IMG/VR virus record: IMGVR_UViG_3300049744_000068
Coordinates: 4,975-68,974 of that record
DNA: 64,000 nucleotides
Strand: one strand, 5' to 3'
Source of the DNA: a virus
Taxonomy: Duplodnaviria > Caudoviricetes
The notes beneath the pieces were generated by a model that worked only from the letters and a program-made list of their open reading frames with translations, searched no databases and was not told the origin of the DNA. The stretch's first letter is position 1, and every line of letters begins with the position of its first letter. A program made the translations under genes and the position numbers. Positions 8,972 through 17,890 of the stretch are shown here, in pieces.

Positions 8972-10059
8972 GCGTTCTCGTCGAGGTAGTTCCGGAAATC
9001 GCAGCTGAAGCGAACACCGTCGAAGTGTTGGCGAACGCGAGCAGCTACACGCCAGCGATTCAGAAGATGGTCGAGGACCTGATCGAGAGTTACCTCAGCA
9101 GCGACACCAGCGGTGGTAGTTCGAGTGGGTCTTCGTTCGGTGCCGCGCTCGAGCGCATGGCCGTGTACGGGTTTTTCAGTGAAGATTGCCCGCGGTGCGT
9201 GAAGTGGGTGAACCCTGTCACCTTCGATGTCGAGAAGAATCCAGCACCAGGTTTCACGAGCTCAGGCAAGGTGTGCTCACGGTGTAAGGGTCGCGCGGTC
9301 GTATCGGCGGTGCTCGACAAGGCCACCGAGGTCCCTGAGCTACGCACGGAAGAGGAGATCAATCAGTTCCGGATTCGACGCGCTGAGGTGAACCTCGTGC
9401 ATGCGAGGTGCCCGCACTGCCACGGTGCCGGGAACGTCCACCCGAAGCCTAAGACGTACCTGTACGAGAAGTTTGGGGCGAGTTTCCCGTGTGGACTCTG
9501 CGATCGAACTGGGTACGTCACACCCATCACCGCGAACCGCAGCATGGCGCCTCAACACGAGTCGAGCTGCACGATGAACGAGGCGGATGCTGAACGCAAC
9601 GGGGTGATCTCACGTGTGCTCGAGCACCTCGAGGTGAACGCGCCAAAGCAGCGTGAGGCGCTGGACCTGTACTTGGGTATCGACGGCGTGTACTGGCACA
9701 ACCGCGACGAGTTCGGGAAGCTCGCAGGCATTGAGCCATCGCGGTTGTTCTCATTGTGGCCTGCCACCATTGCGGGCAAGAAGTTGGTGTCGTCGGCAAG
9801 GAAGTTGGATCTGGCGCGCGCCGCTGAGCGCAATGTGAATCCGATATTCTCCGAAATGAACGACCACCACGTGCTCGAACATGAGGTGAAGGAAGATCGC
9901 GACGCTCCGCAAGACATGCGAACTGCGCTCATCAAGCAAGCCGATAGTGCGGCGCGCCTCCTGTGGGACTCAGCGCAGTCTGCAATCAGCGTCTCCGACA
10001 TTGCTACAGGTGCGAAACTCTTCTCGCTTGCGAAACGCGAAATGAAAGATCGGGAGTGA
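8968..10059 (+). CDS. DnaJ-type zinc-finger protein, candidate late regulator/antiterminator
   Basis: CPRC, CSRCKG, CPHCHGAG, CGLCDRTG; lies near end of early operon. Confidence 0.55.
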   Translation: MSVLVEVVPEIAAEANTVEVLANASSYTPAIQKMVEDLIESYLSSDTSGGSSSGSSFGAALERMAVYGFFSEDCPRCVKWVNPVTFDVEKNPAPGFTSSGKVCSRCKGRAVVSAVLDKATEVPELRTEEEINQFRIRRAEVNLVHARCPHCHGAGNVHPKPKTYLYEKFGASFPCGLCDRTGYVTPITANRSMAPQHESSCTMNEADAERNGVISRVLEHLEVNAPKQREALDLYLGIDGVYWHNRDEFGKLAGIEPSRLFSLWPATIAGKKLVSSARKLDLARAAERNVNPIFSEMNDHHVLEHEVKEDRDAPQDMRTALIKQADSAARLLWDSAQSAISVSDIATGAKLFSLAKREMKDRE

Positions 10060-10364
10060 CCAACGTGGGACGAAATCAGAGCACACAGCCACCCTTCGAG
10101 TTACGCCCCTGGTACCACCTCACCGACTTGGCGGAGTGGATCTTCAAAGACGGCGTGAAGCTTGAGGGGGTCGCTCCCGAGGATGAAAAAGACTCGCGGA
10201 AGCACTACTACGCGGCGCGTCGGTTCTTCATCAAAGAGGGGGTGCTGCAGAAGAACGGGGCGGGGTCTGTGGTGTGGACCGAGGACATGCGACAGAAGAT
10301 GCCAAAGCTGTACAGCTGGCTCTTCGGTCGAGAGTTAAAACGGTACCAGGGGCCAGACGTATGA
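10056..10364 (+). CDS. Hypothetical protein
   Basis: GTGA/ATGA coupling. Confidence 0.55.
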   Translation: MTNVGRNQSTQPPFELRPWYHLTDLAEWIFKDGVKLEGVAPEDEKDSRKHYYAARRFFIKEGVLQKNGAGSVVWTEDMRQKMPKLYSWLFGRELKRYQGPDV

Positions 10365-10975
10365 CCGTTAGTGAGTTTAGGGTTGAAATTAGACTCAAAA
10401 ACAACCGACTAGTTGTTGCTCGCGAACAGCTTAGGATGTGTCAGCGTGAGTTTTGTGATGCACTACACATCTCATTGCAGAACTACTGCGGGCTAGAAAC
10501 GATGCGAAATAGCCCTATCAACAATCGAGGAGAATGGTCGCCTGTCGCTAGACGTGTGGCTGAATTTCATGGGCTCGGCTTGGAATACTTGTTTCCGAAA
10601 GCCGCGCTGGCAGTTCGTAAGAACTTGTTGAGGATGTCACTAACAGAAGCACAGATTATTGGCATATTGAAGAACAGTCCCAAGAGCGCATTCCAGATCG
10701 TGGCAACTACTGAGTACACTGCTAAGGCTGTTGCAGCCTTAGGGTGTCTAAGTGCGCGAGAGCGCGAGGTGGTTCTAAATAGAGTTATTGATGAGAAGAC
10801 CCTGCTGCAGTCTGGTGTTCAAAGGAACGGAAACGGTGAGGTGATGAAAACTGGCGTCACCTCAAGGGAGAGAACGAGGCAGATCTTCGATCGCGCGATG
10901 TCGCGTCTAGGTGCGAGGTTTAGACAGGATTTCGAAGTGGACTTTCGTGAAGCCGGTGACCTGTTCGCTGATTGA
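10361..10975 (+). CDS. XRE-like HTH plus sigma-4-like HTH regulator
   Basis: REQLRMCQREFCDALHISLQNY and LSAREREVV...SRERTRQIFDRAMSRL; visibly AT-richer DNA. Confidence 0.65.
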   Translation: MTVSEFRVEIRLKNNRLVVAREQLRMCQREFCDALHISLQNYCGLETMRNSPINNRGEWSPVARRVAEFHGLGLEYLFPKAALAVRKNLLRMSLTEAQIIGILKNSPKSAFQIVATTEYTAKAVAALGCLSAREREVVLNRVIDEKTLLQSGVQRNGNGEVMKTGVTSRERTRQIFDRAMSRLGARFRQDFEVDFREAGDLFAD

Positions 10976-11013
10976 GGAAGAGGAAATCGCTAAGCAGGTC
11001 CGCTGGCCTAAAT

Positions 11014-11053
11014 TGTTGCGTAGCGTTGTGCGGTGTTGCGTAGCGTTGTGCGG
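11014..11053 (+). repeat. Perfect 20-bp tandem duplication
   Basis: TGTTGCGTAGCGTTGTGCGG twice. Confidence 0.9.
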
Positions 11054-11058
11054 TGTGC

Positions 11059-11083
11059 GGGGCTGAGCCCCTTATATTATTAT
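11059..11083 (+). terminator. Candidate intrinsic terminator before the late region
   Basis: GGGGC-TGA-GCCCC followed by TTATATTATTAT. Confidence 0.5.
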
Positions 11084-11120
11084 GGGGCGATCAGATTGGG
11101 ACGGACGGTGGCAGGTTGGA

Positions 11121-11375
11121 TCATCGAGCGATCCGTCGCTTGCCAATTCGTTGCCGCACCCGCTCTGCAGCCTTTTGCCTCATCGCTTCGCGGACGATTG
11201 CGATCGTGCCGCGCATCACAGGCGCGCCGAGCGCGACGGCGAGAGTCGCGTGCTTTGAAAGGCCGATCGTTTCGGCTGCTCGCTTCGTGCCAGTGGTTCG
11301 AACTAGTTCTGCCGCAAATACGCGGCACTCGTCGGGCGTGGCGACTGTCTTACCGTGGGTGACGTTGGTCATCAC
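11121..11375 (-). CDS. Small HTH protein, inverted
   Basis: AGGTG SD; KRAAETIGLSKHATL HTH-like. Confidence 0.55.
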   Translation of the reverse strand: MMTNVTHGKTVATPDECRVFAAELVRTTGTKRAAETIGLSKHATLAVALGAPVMRGTIAIVREAMRQKAAERVRQRIGKRRIAR

Positions 11376-11634
11376 CTATTCAGTAGCCGATAGTTCCTCG
11401 AAATCTGTGGAATGCGATTCCCTACTTTTGCGCCTTCCTCATTGCGTCACGAAATTGGTTGTGGGGGATCTTGAGCGTTCGGATCGTTTCCAAGTATCGC
11501 CGCGGAACCATGCCTACTGCCGCAAGGCAATTCGCTTGTGACAGCAGAACTGGGAAGAGTGGAGATTGGGTTATCATCACGACATGATTGATCATTTCAT
11601 AGGCCAATTTGCAGATTTCCGCTTCTGAACAGTA

Positions 11635-12201
11635 GTGAGTGAACACGTGGACCACGAAAACGTGCCCCAAAAGGGCCAGGAAGTGCTCGCAGAGGAGCGA
11701 CGCACAGAGGCGGTGAAGCTCCGAATCGCAGGGCACTCGTACCGTCACATCGCGAAGCAGCTGGGTATCAGCCTGGCCCAGGCACACAAGGACGTGCAGA
11801 CCGTTCTGAAGCGCACCCGGGACGAAGCCGACGAGGTTGCCGATGAAGCGCGTGACATCGACCTTGCTCGCATTGATCAGGGACTCAAGACAGTTCTGGA
11901 ATTCCTAGAATCAGCGAAGGACGACGAGCTGAAGCTCAAGGCCATCGATCGCTTGGTGCGACTGCAGGAGCGGCGCGCCAAGTTGCTTGGTCTCGATGCT
12001 CCAGCGAAGGGAGAGTTGAGTGGGCCATCAGGAGGGCCAATCCCTGTTGCTCAGACATCGGCAACGCCAGCAGAGGCAGCTCGACTGATTCGTGAAGCGT
12101 TCGGTGCGCATGCAATGCGCAAGGATTCGGATGAAGCTGACGCTGGGAACGCCGGACCCGAAGATCCTAACCAAGTATCTGGGGATCCTTCCGTCCACTG
12201 A
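11635..12201 (+). CDS. terS: Terminase small subunit
   Basis: N-terminal HTH (AVKLRIAGHSYRHIAKQLG), ERRAKLLGLDAP motif, directly upstream of terL. Confidence 0.85.
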   Translation: MSEHVDHENVPQKGQEVLAEERRTEAVKLRIAGHSYRHIAKQLGISLAQAHKDVQTVLKRTRDEADEVADEARDIDLARIDQGLKTVLEFLESAKDDELKLKAIDRLVRLQERRAKLLGLDAPAKGELSGPSGGPIPVAQTSATPAEAARLIREAFGAHAMRKDSDEADAGNAGPEDPNQVSGDPSVH

Positions 12202-13468
12202 GTACGCGGCGCTTGTTGCGTGGCTGAGCCAGTTCTACAACTTTCAGTTGCGATGGTTGCTTGAGCAAAGCAAGCGCGCAGCTTCAGTGAAGGCCAGGCA
12301 GATCGGGTGGAGCCACACGACAGCCGGCGCTGGTGTTCTGTGGGGAGCTTTTCACGGCGAGCACACAACAATCATCTCTAAGGGCGAGGAAGAGTCCAAA
12401 GAGGTGCTCGATAAGGCGAAGAGACACGCGGGTGTGTTGGCCGCATTGGGTTCGCGATTCGCAGAGCCGATCCAGTCCACGTTTGACCGCCTGGTATTTC
12501 GCAGCGGTGGCCGCATCATTGCGTTGCCAAGCACGGGCGGCCGAGGTTTTACCGGCAATCTGGTGCTGGATGAATTCGCCTATCATCAGCACGCCGACAA
12601 GACGTGGGACGCAGCAGTCCCAGCGATGCGACTTGGTGACTTTCGCCTGCGCGTGATCTCGACACCGAACGGAACGGGCAATGCGTTCGCGAACCTCATT
12701 GAGGCAATTCGAAAGGGTGATCTAAAAAAGACCGTTCTGCATGAGGTGACGATCGAAGACGCCGAGCGCGATGGCTACCCAGTGGATTGGGATGAATGCT
12801 GGGAAGATGCGCATGGCGATCCGCGCCTGTTCGATCAGTTGTATCGTTGCAAGTTCCTAGACGGTAACCTGCAGTACATTCCAAGCGACCTATTCAATTC
12901 GTCGGTTGTAGATGAGATCGACGACGACGGAGAGGCATGCGGCGGGCTTGATATCGGAGAGACGCGAGACCGCACAGTGCTTGCGATTGTAAAACGTAAG
13001 CGGAACCAGAAAACACTGGTTCACATTGAGGCGCATCAGTCCACGGACGACGCGCTCCTTGATCAGCTCGCTAAGAAAGCGTTCGAGCAGTACAACTGCA
13101 TTCGTCTCTGCGTCGACAAGACCGGCATTGGTGCGTTCCCTGCAAAGAGAATGCGGAAGCAATACGGCCGCAGGTTAGAGCCACTCGACTTCACGCTGAA
13201 GTCAAAAGAAGATCTCGCGACTGGACTCTATGACGCGCTCGCTACCAGTGAGTTGAGGATTCCGCGGTCCTACAACAAGGCGGGTATCGACGAGATCCCT
13301 CTCCTAAGGGACGACGTATTGGCAATTCGTAGAATCGTAACGGCAGCTGGCAATGTTCGCTACGATGCTCAGACAACCAGCAAGGGTCACGCAGACCGAG
13401 CGTGGGCATTGATGCTGGCACTACATGCGGCAGGTCGCATGTCTCGCATGTTCGCAGCGATGCAATAG
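12131..13468 (+). CDS. terL: Terminase large subunit (Mu gp28-like)
   Basis: KARQIGWS, LDEFA, ISTPNG, GLDIG, VDKTGIG, HADRAWAL; AAGGA SD before ATG 12131. Confidence 0.95.
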   Translation: MKLTLGTPDPKILTKYLGILPSTEYAALVAWLSQFYNFQLRWLLEQSKRAASVKARQIGWSHTTAGAGVLWGAFHGEHTTIISKGEEESKEVLDKAKRHAGVLAALGSRFAEPIQSTFDRLVFRSGGRIIALPSTGGRGFTGNLVLDEFAYHQHADKTWDAAVPAMRLGDFRLRVISTPNGTGNAFANLIEAIRKGDLKKTVLHEVTIEDAERDGYPVDWDECWEDAHGDPRLFDQLYRCKFLDGNLQYIPSDLFNSSVVDEIDDDGEACGGLDIGETRDRTVLAIVKRKRNQKTLVHIEAHQSTDDALLDQLAKKAFEQYNCIRLCVDKTGIGAFPAKRMRKQYGRRLEPLDFTLKSKEDLATGLYDALATSELRIPRSYNKAGIDEIPLLRDDVLAIRRIVTAAGNVRYDAQTTSKGHADRAWALMLALHAAGRMSRMFAAMQ

Positions 13469-13476
13469 GAAAACAC

Positions 13477-14085
13477 ATGAGCTACCCCGAGAAACTCGCC
13501 TGCACGAAGGCCAACAAGATCACCCTGGAGTGCATCGCAGCCACGGGCGTGAAGAACGTCGCGGAGATCGGCGTGTACCAGGGCCACACCTCGGTGGAGA
13601 TTGCAAAGCTGTTGCCCGAAGACGGCGCGCTCCACTTGTTCGACTACGAGGACCTCGTGCAAGAGGTGGCCGAGCGTTGTCGCGCGGTTGCTCGTTGTCC
13701 CGTGTTCGCTCACAGCAACAGTCGCCAGGTGAAGGACTCGTACAACTGGAGCCTGATGCGTCTGCTGAAGCAGAATGATGCTCCGATGTTCGACTACGTG
13801 TTCATCGACGGCGCACACACGTGGGACGCTGACGCTCTCTCGTTCCTGCTCGCCGATCGCATGCTCGTGCCTGGCGGCTACGTCGACTTCGACGACTACG
13901 ACTGGACGATCGCTGGCAGCAAGGCGATGCAAGAGTTCGAGCCCATCAAGGGCTGGTATACCGAGCAGCAGACGCAGACCAAGCAGGTTGCTCTCGTCGT
14001 GGAGCTGCTTGCCAAGCGTATGGACTACCGGGAGATCCACACGAACAAGATCTTCCGCAAGCGCGTTGCGAAGACCTCGGCTTAG
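13477..14085 (+). CDS. Class I SAM-dependent methyltransferase (Methyltransf_24-like)
   Basis: AEIGVYQGHTS, FDYVFIDGAH, GGYVDFDDY. Confidence 0.9.
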   Translation: MSYPEKLACTKANKITLECIAATGVKNVAEIGVYQGHTSVEIAKLLPEDGALHLFDYEDLVQEVAERCRAVARCPVFAHSNSRQVKDSYNWSLMRLLKQNDAPMFDYVFIDGAHTWDADALSFLLADRMLVPGGYVDFDDYDWTIAGSKAMQEFEPIKGWYTEQQTQTKQVALVVELLAKRMDYREIHTNKIFRKRVAKTSA

Positions 14086-14726
14086 TCCGACGAGCAGGGC
14101 ACAGCGCAAACCTGGCCGTCCACCTCGTGACGCGAGACGCTGAACGAGTAGCCATCCTCAGCGCGGAAGTAGCGCACCATCACCTGCCCATCGTTCTGGC
14201 CGATGTTGGTCACGGTGGCGCAGTTGTCGACCTGTGGGTTCACGATTTCGCAGTGCCCAGGTGAGCGGACTTCGAACCGGCCAACTACTCGGATGCACGA
14301 GTCGACCGGGATGTTGTACGCGGTGAAGCCGTCGCAGTCGGGCGCGTCGTAGGGCTCGAGCAGATCGACTTGGGGCTGGCCCGCGTCGCTCTCGTTGCCG
14401 CTGCCACCGATTGTTGTGGTCCCGGCGTCTCCCGTTGCTCCACCAGTTGATCCGGACGAGATGCCACCACTCGCATCCACCAGGTTGCTTGGGTCCTCGA
14501 AGCCACCATCCGCAAGAGTTCCGACCGTGCCACCCTGCGATGTGGCGTTGCCCCCGTTCGTGGATTGCCCACCACCATTGGGCGATGTGTGACCCGCGCC
14601 AGTTCCACCGCTCGAGCTCGGCGGTGACAGCACCCCACCGTCGCCGTCCCTGAACTGCAGCGTCCCTGTTCGGCTGTCGTCGTCAGAACACGCGAGGCAC
14701 AGCAGGCACACCCAAGAGAAGCGCAT
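14082..14726 (-). CDS. Lipoprotein, inverted in late operon (moron)
   Basis: MRFSWVCLLCLAC lipobox, Gly/Ser/Thr linker, Cys-containing C-terminal domain. Confidence 0.8.
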   Translation of the reverse strand: MRFSWVCLLCLACSDDDSRTGTLQFRDGDGGVLSPPSSSGGTGAGHTSPNGGGQSTNGGNATSQGGTVGTLADGGFEDPSNLVDASGGISSGSTGGATGDAGTTTIGGSGNESDAGQPQVDLLEPYDAPDCDGFTAYNIPVDSCIRVVGRFEVRSPGHCEIVNPQVDNCATVTNIGQNDGQVMVRYFRAEDGYSFSVSRHEVDGQVCAVPCSSD

Positions 14727-14733
14727 TGTTTCA

Positions 14734-14762
14734 AGGATAACCACCGAGCTGCAGCGCCGCAA
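14734..14762 (-). promoter_or_regulatory. Sigma70-type promoter of the lipoprotein moron
   Basis: TTGCGG-17 bp-TATCCT on minus strand, 7 nt before ATG. Confidence 0.55.
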
Positions 14763-14777
14763 GGGAGCCACCGGCTA

Positions 14778-15740
14778 GTGCCAAATCCGTCAATAGTTCT
14801 CGCTATCAACGCGAAGAACGAGGCGGCCGTCATTGGCCGATGCCTGCGTTCCGCTCTACCATTGGTCGACTGTGTTGTCCTGTGCGACACCGGGTCCACC
14901 GACGAAACGCAGGCCGAGGCCGTACGGGCCTGCCGAGAATTCTCGAAGCCGCTGGCCCTGCTCGAGCGCGATTGGGTGGACTGGGCAACCAACTACACCA
15001 AGCTTTTCAACAGCGCTCGCGACCTTGCTGACTACGTTTGGATCGCCGACGCCGATCACGAAGTAGCCGCGCCAGCGGAGTTCAGATTCGAAGGACTAAC
15101 TGCTGAGGGGTATCGCCTTTGCCGACTCGAGGGTGGGGACTGGGAAAACTGGTACCCCTGCCTACTGCGCTCGGACGTGGATTGGACATACACGGGTGCA
15201 CGTCACGCAATCCCGAGTGGCGGAATAACTGAGCGATTGACAGGGCTCGATATCGTTCACCGATGCGACGGGGCGAGCTCGCAAGTGAGTGACGAGCAAC
15301 GTCGTTCTCGCTTTGCTGCCGATGCCCTGTACTTTCAGGAGCGTCTCGCAAACGATCCAAACGACAGTCGAGCGGCCTACTACCTGGCCCAAAGTCTTCA
15401 GGATGCTGGCAAGTTCGACCAAGCTCTGAGTGCTTACGAGCACCGAGGCGCAATGCATGGTGGATTCGATGAGGAGCGGTACTTCGCGCTGCTGCAAGTT
15501 GCCCGGTACAAGCGCCACTTCTACCACCGCGCCGAGGACGTCGAGGCCGCGTTCATTGCTGCCCATGAATGTAGGCCTCATCGCCACGAGGCAATGGTTG
15601 CACTGATCAAGTGGTGGACTGCACGCAACGACTCGCGTGCGGCTGCGATGATTGAGAAGTGCCTCGCTACCGCAGTGTCTAACGACCGTTTTCTAGTTCA
15701 GCGAAGCGCCTACCAGTGGCGCCCAGAAAGCAGGAATTGA
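14778..15740 (+). CDS. GT2 glycosyltransferase with TPR domain
   Basis: KNEAAVIGRCLRS, DTGSTDET, DAD motif, TPR DSRAAYYLAQSLQDAG. Confidence 0.9.
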   Translation: MPNPSIVLAINAKNEAAVIGRCLRSALPLVDCVVLCDTGSTDETQAEAVRACREFSKPLALLERDWVDWATNYTKLFNSARDLADYVWIADADHEVAAPAEFRFEGLTAEGYRLCRLEGGDWENWYPCLLRSDVDWTYTGARHAIPSGGITERLTGLDIVHRCDGASSQVSDEQRRSRFAADALYFQERLANDPNDSRAAYYLAQSLQDAGKFDQALSAYEHRGAMHGGFDEERYFALLQVARYKRHFYHRAEDVEAAFIAAHECRPHRHEAMVALIKWWTARNDSRAAAMIEKCLATAVSNDRFLVQRSAYQWRPESRN

Positions 15741-15743
15741 ACC

Positions 15744-16148
15744 ATGGCCCTTGCAACCCGAGTCACCAAGAACCTCAAGTACACCCCACCGGGCGGCCCC
15801 GAGGTGACTACGCCAACGGTCATAAACGCAACTCCGGCGGATGAAAACATGGGGGTTGTGAACGTAGAGGCTGAGACACCCGACGAAACTCAGTTCCAGG
15901 TCCCATTCGGTCTGATCACAAGACCGACCCTGGTCAGGGTTACCAACAAGATGAATCAGGACATCAGGTTGTTCCTGAAAGCCGACGACAACGCCAACCC
16001 GTTCAAGCTTGCTCCAGGTGGCCAGTTTGAGCTGGCGATGCCAGTGCCTCCCTCAGACTCCCATTTGGACGGTGTGTGGTTCAGCACCACCGACACTGTG
16101 AGTGAATCCGGCACCGTCGAATACATGATCTTCGGCGATCCCGAGTAA
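15744..16148 (+). CDS. Hypothetical, probable beta-rich virion protein
   Basis: Clean ORF between GT and portal; beta-strand-like composition. Confidence 0.6.
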   Translation: MALATRVTKNLKYTPPGGPEVTTPTVINATPADENMGVVNVEAETPDETQFQVPFGLITRPTLVRVTNKMNQDIRLFLKADDNANPFKLAPGGQFELAMPVPPSDSHLDGVWFSTTDTVSESGTVEYMIFGDPE

Positions 16149-16188
16149 GCAAGCGATCGCGATCCCAAGCAAAGCACTGCCGTGACCT

Positions 16189-17847
16189 GTGGCTCAAACC
16201 AGCATCTACAAGGCTCTCTCGAATCTTTCGAGAGAACAACTGCTACGGAGCCTGGCTGGCATTCAGATCGATGCCTGGGCGAATGAAGTCACTGGTTTCG
16301 GCACCGCACGCGACAAGACCTCGTACAGTCACTTCACCGGCTTCAACCCACTCAGCGACATTGATCTGAGCAACCTCTACCACGGCGATGCGATGGCGTC
16401 GCGCATGGTGGACGTAGTCCCAGAGGAGATGCTGCGCGAGGGTTTCACGGTCGATGTTGGTGACGCGAATGCGAACGCCTGGCTAGAAGAGAAGCTCGAT
16501 AGCATCAACGCATGTTCCTCGTTGCAGGAGGGGTTGCGTTGGGGGCGCAACTACGGCGGCGGAATCGTTATCATGGGTGCCGACGACGGGCGCCCAGCAT
16601 CGGCCGAACTCATCCCCGAGCGCGTCAAAGCGCTGAACTATCTCTACGTTGTCGATCGACGCTTCCTCACGCCGTTCAGTTACTACACTCGTGCGGGACA
16701 CCCAAAGCTGGGAAAGCCCGAGACCTACATGGTCACGCCGTCGAATGCGTACGGCACCGATTCGATGCTCCAGGTGGTGCACGAATCGCGAATGATGATC
16801 TTCCGCGGCGCTCCTACGGGTGCGCACGAGCAGACGCAGCTCGGGAGCTGGGATTATTCGGTGTTGCAGCGGCCGCACGATGTGCTGCTTCAGTTCAACA
16901 CGGGTTGGAAGTCTGTCGAGGTGATGCTCACCGACGGAAACCAGGCGGTGTTCAAATCCTCTGGTCTTGGTGATGCGCTCGCCGCAGACCAAGGTCAGCA
17001 ATACTTGAAGAAGCGCATGGAGCTGATCGACATCTCCCGATCGGTGTTGCGCGCGATCGTGTTGGATGCCGGGACCAAGGAAGAACCCGGCGAAGAATTT
17101 GAGCGCCAAGTATCGAGCTTCGAGTCGATTCCACAGACACTCGACAAGCTCATGCTGCGGCTTGCTGCTGCAGTGCAAATCCCGGTAACCATTCTCATGG
17201 GACAGAGCCCATCGGGAATGAACGCAACCGGCGACAGCGACTTTCGGTGGTTCTACAACCGGATCAAGTCCGAGCAGAAAAACAACCTGGCCCCGCGCAT
17301 CCGGAAGCTAGTGAAGCTGCTGTTGCGCACGAAGGAATCGCCACTCAAGGACGCCAAGAAGATCGAGGTGAAGTTTCCGGATCTTTGGACCCTCGATCCG
17401 TTGCAAGACGGTCAACGCCAGCAAGCGATTGCTACAGCTGACGCGGCCTACGTCACAGCTGGTGTGTACACGGCCGAAGAGGTGGCGCTCGCGCGCAGTG
17501 CACCCGATGGCTTGTACAAGCCGATTGAGATCACAGAGGAATCGCGAAAGAGCCGCGAGGCGATAGTCAAGGCAGACCTGAGCCCAACCACCAAGGAAGG
17601 CGAGAGCAAGGCCTCGATCACCCCAAGCGATCAAGCGAAGGTGGTCACCGTCAACGAAGCACGCGCTGCACAGGGGTTGGGCCCGCTACTCGCGGAGGAC
17701 GGAAGCGAAAGCCCCAACGGCAAGCTGACTGTTTTCGCGTTCGCTGCGCTCAGCGAGGGACCAAAACCGGACCCGTTCAATGCCGATCCTACGAAGAAAC
17801 CGGACGAGGAAGCGCCGCCGGCGCCCACGGACACGGGCGCAACGTAG
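16189..17847 (+). CDS. Portal protein (DUF1073 family)
   Basis: LYHGDAMASRMVDVVPEEMLREG, IPVTILMGQSPSGMNATGDSD; position after terminase. Confidence 0.9.
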   Translation: MAQTSIYKALSNLSREQLLRSLAGIQIDAWANEVTGFGTARDKTSYSHFTGFNPLSDIDLSNLYHGDAMASRMVDVVPEEMLREGFTVDVGDANANAWLEEKLDSINACSSLQEGLRWGRNYGGGIVIMGADDGRPASAELIPERVKALNYLYVVDRRFLTPFSYYTRAGHPKLGKPETYMVTPSNAYGTDSMLQVVHESRMMIFRGAPTGAHEQTQLGSWDYSVLQRPHDVLLQFNTGWKSVEVMLTDGNQAVFKSSGLGDALAADQGQQYLKKRMELIDISRSVLRAIVLDAGTKEEPGEEFERQVSSFESIPQTLDKLMLRLAAAVQIPVTILMGQSPSGMNATGDSDFRWFYNRIKSEQKNNLAPRIRKLVKLLLRTKESPLKDAKKIEVKFPDLWTLDPLQDGQRQQAIATADAAYVTAGVYTAEEVALARSAPDGLYKPIEITEESRKSREAIVKADLSPTTKEGESKASITPSDQAKVVTVNEARAAQGLGPLLAEDGSESPNGKLTVFAFAALSEGPKPDPFNADPTKKPDEEAPPAPTDTGAT

Positions 17848-17890
17848 GCAGCAATCGGTTGCTAGAGCTGCCGGCGCAGAACTCTTCCTG

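Noticed and set aside
11376-11634. ncRNA or small ORF upstream of terS
   Set aside because: No convincing structure, SD or motif found by eye
16189-17847. Anti-CBASS Acb1 label sometimes attached to DUF1073 proteins
   Set aside because: Size, motifs and position between terminase and head genes indicate a portal; no HxT phosphoesterase pair recognised
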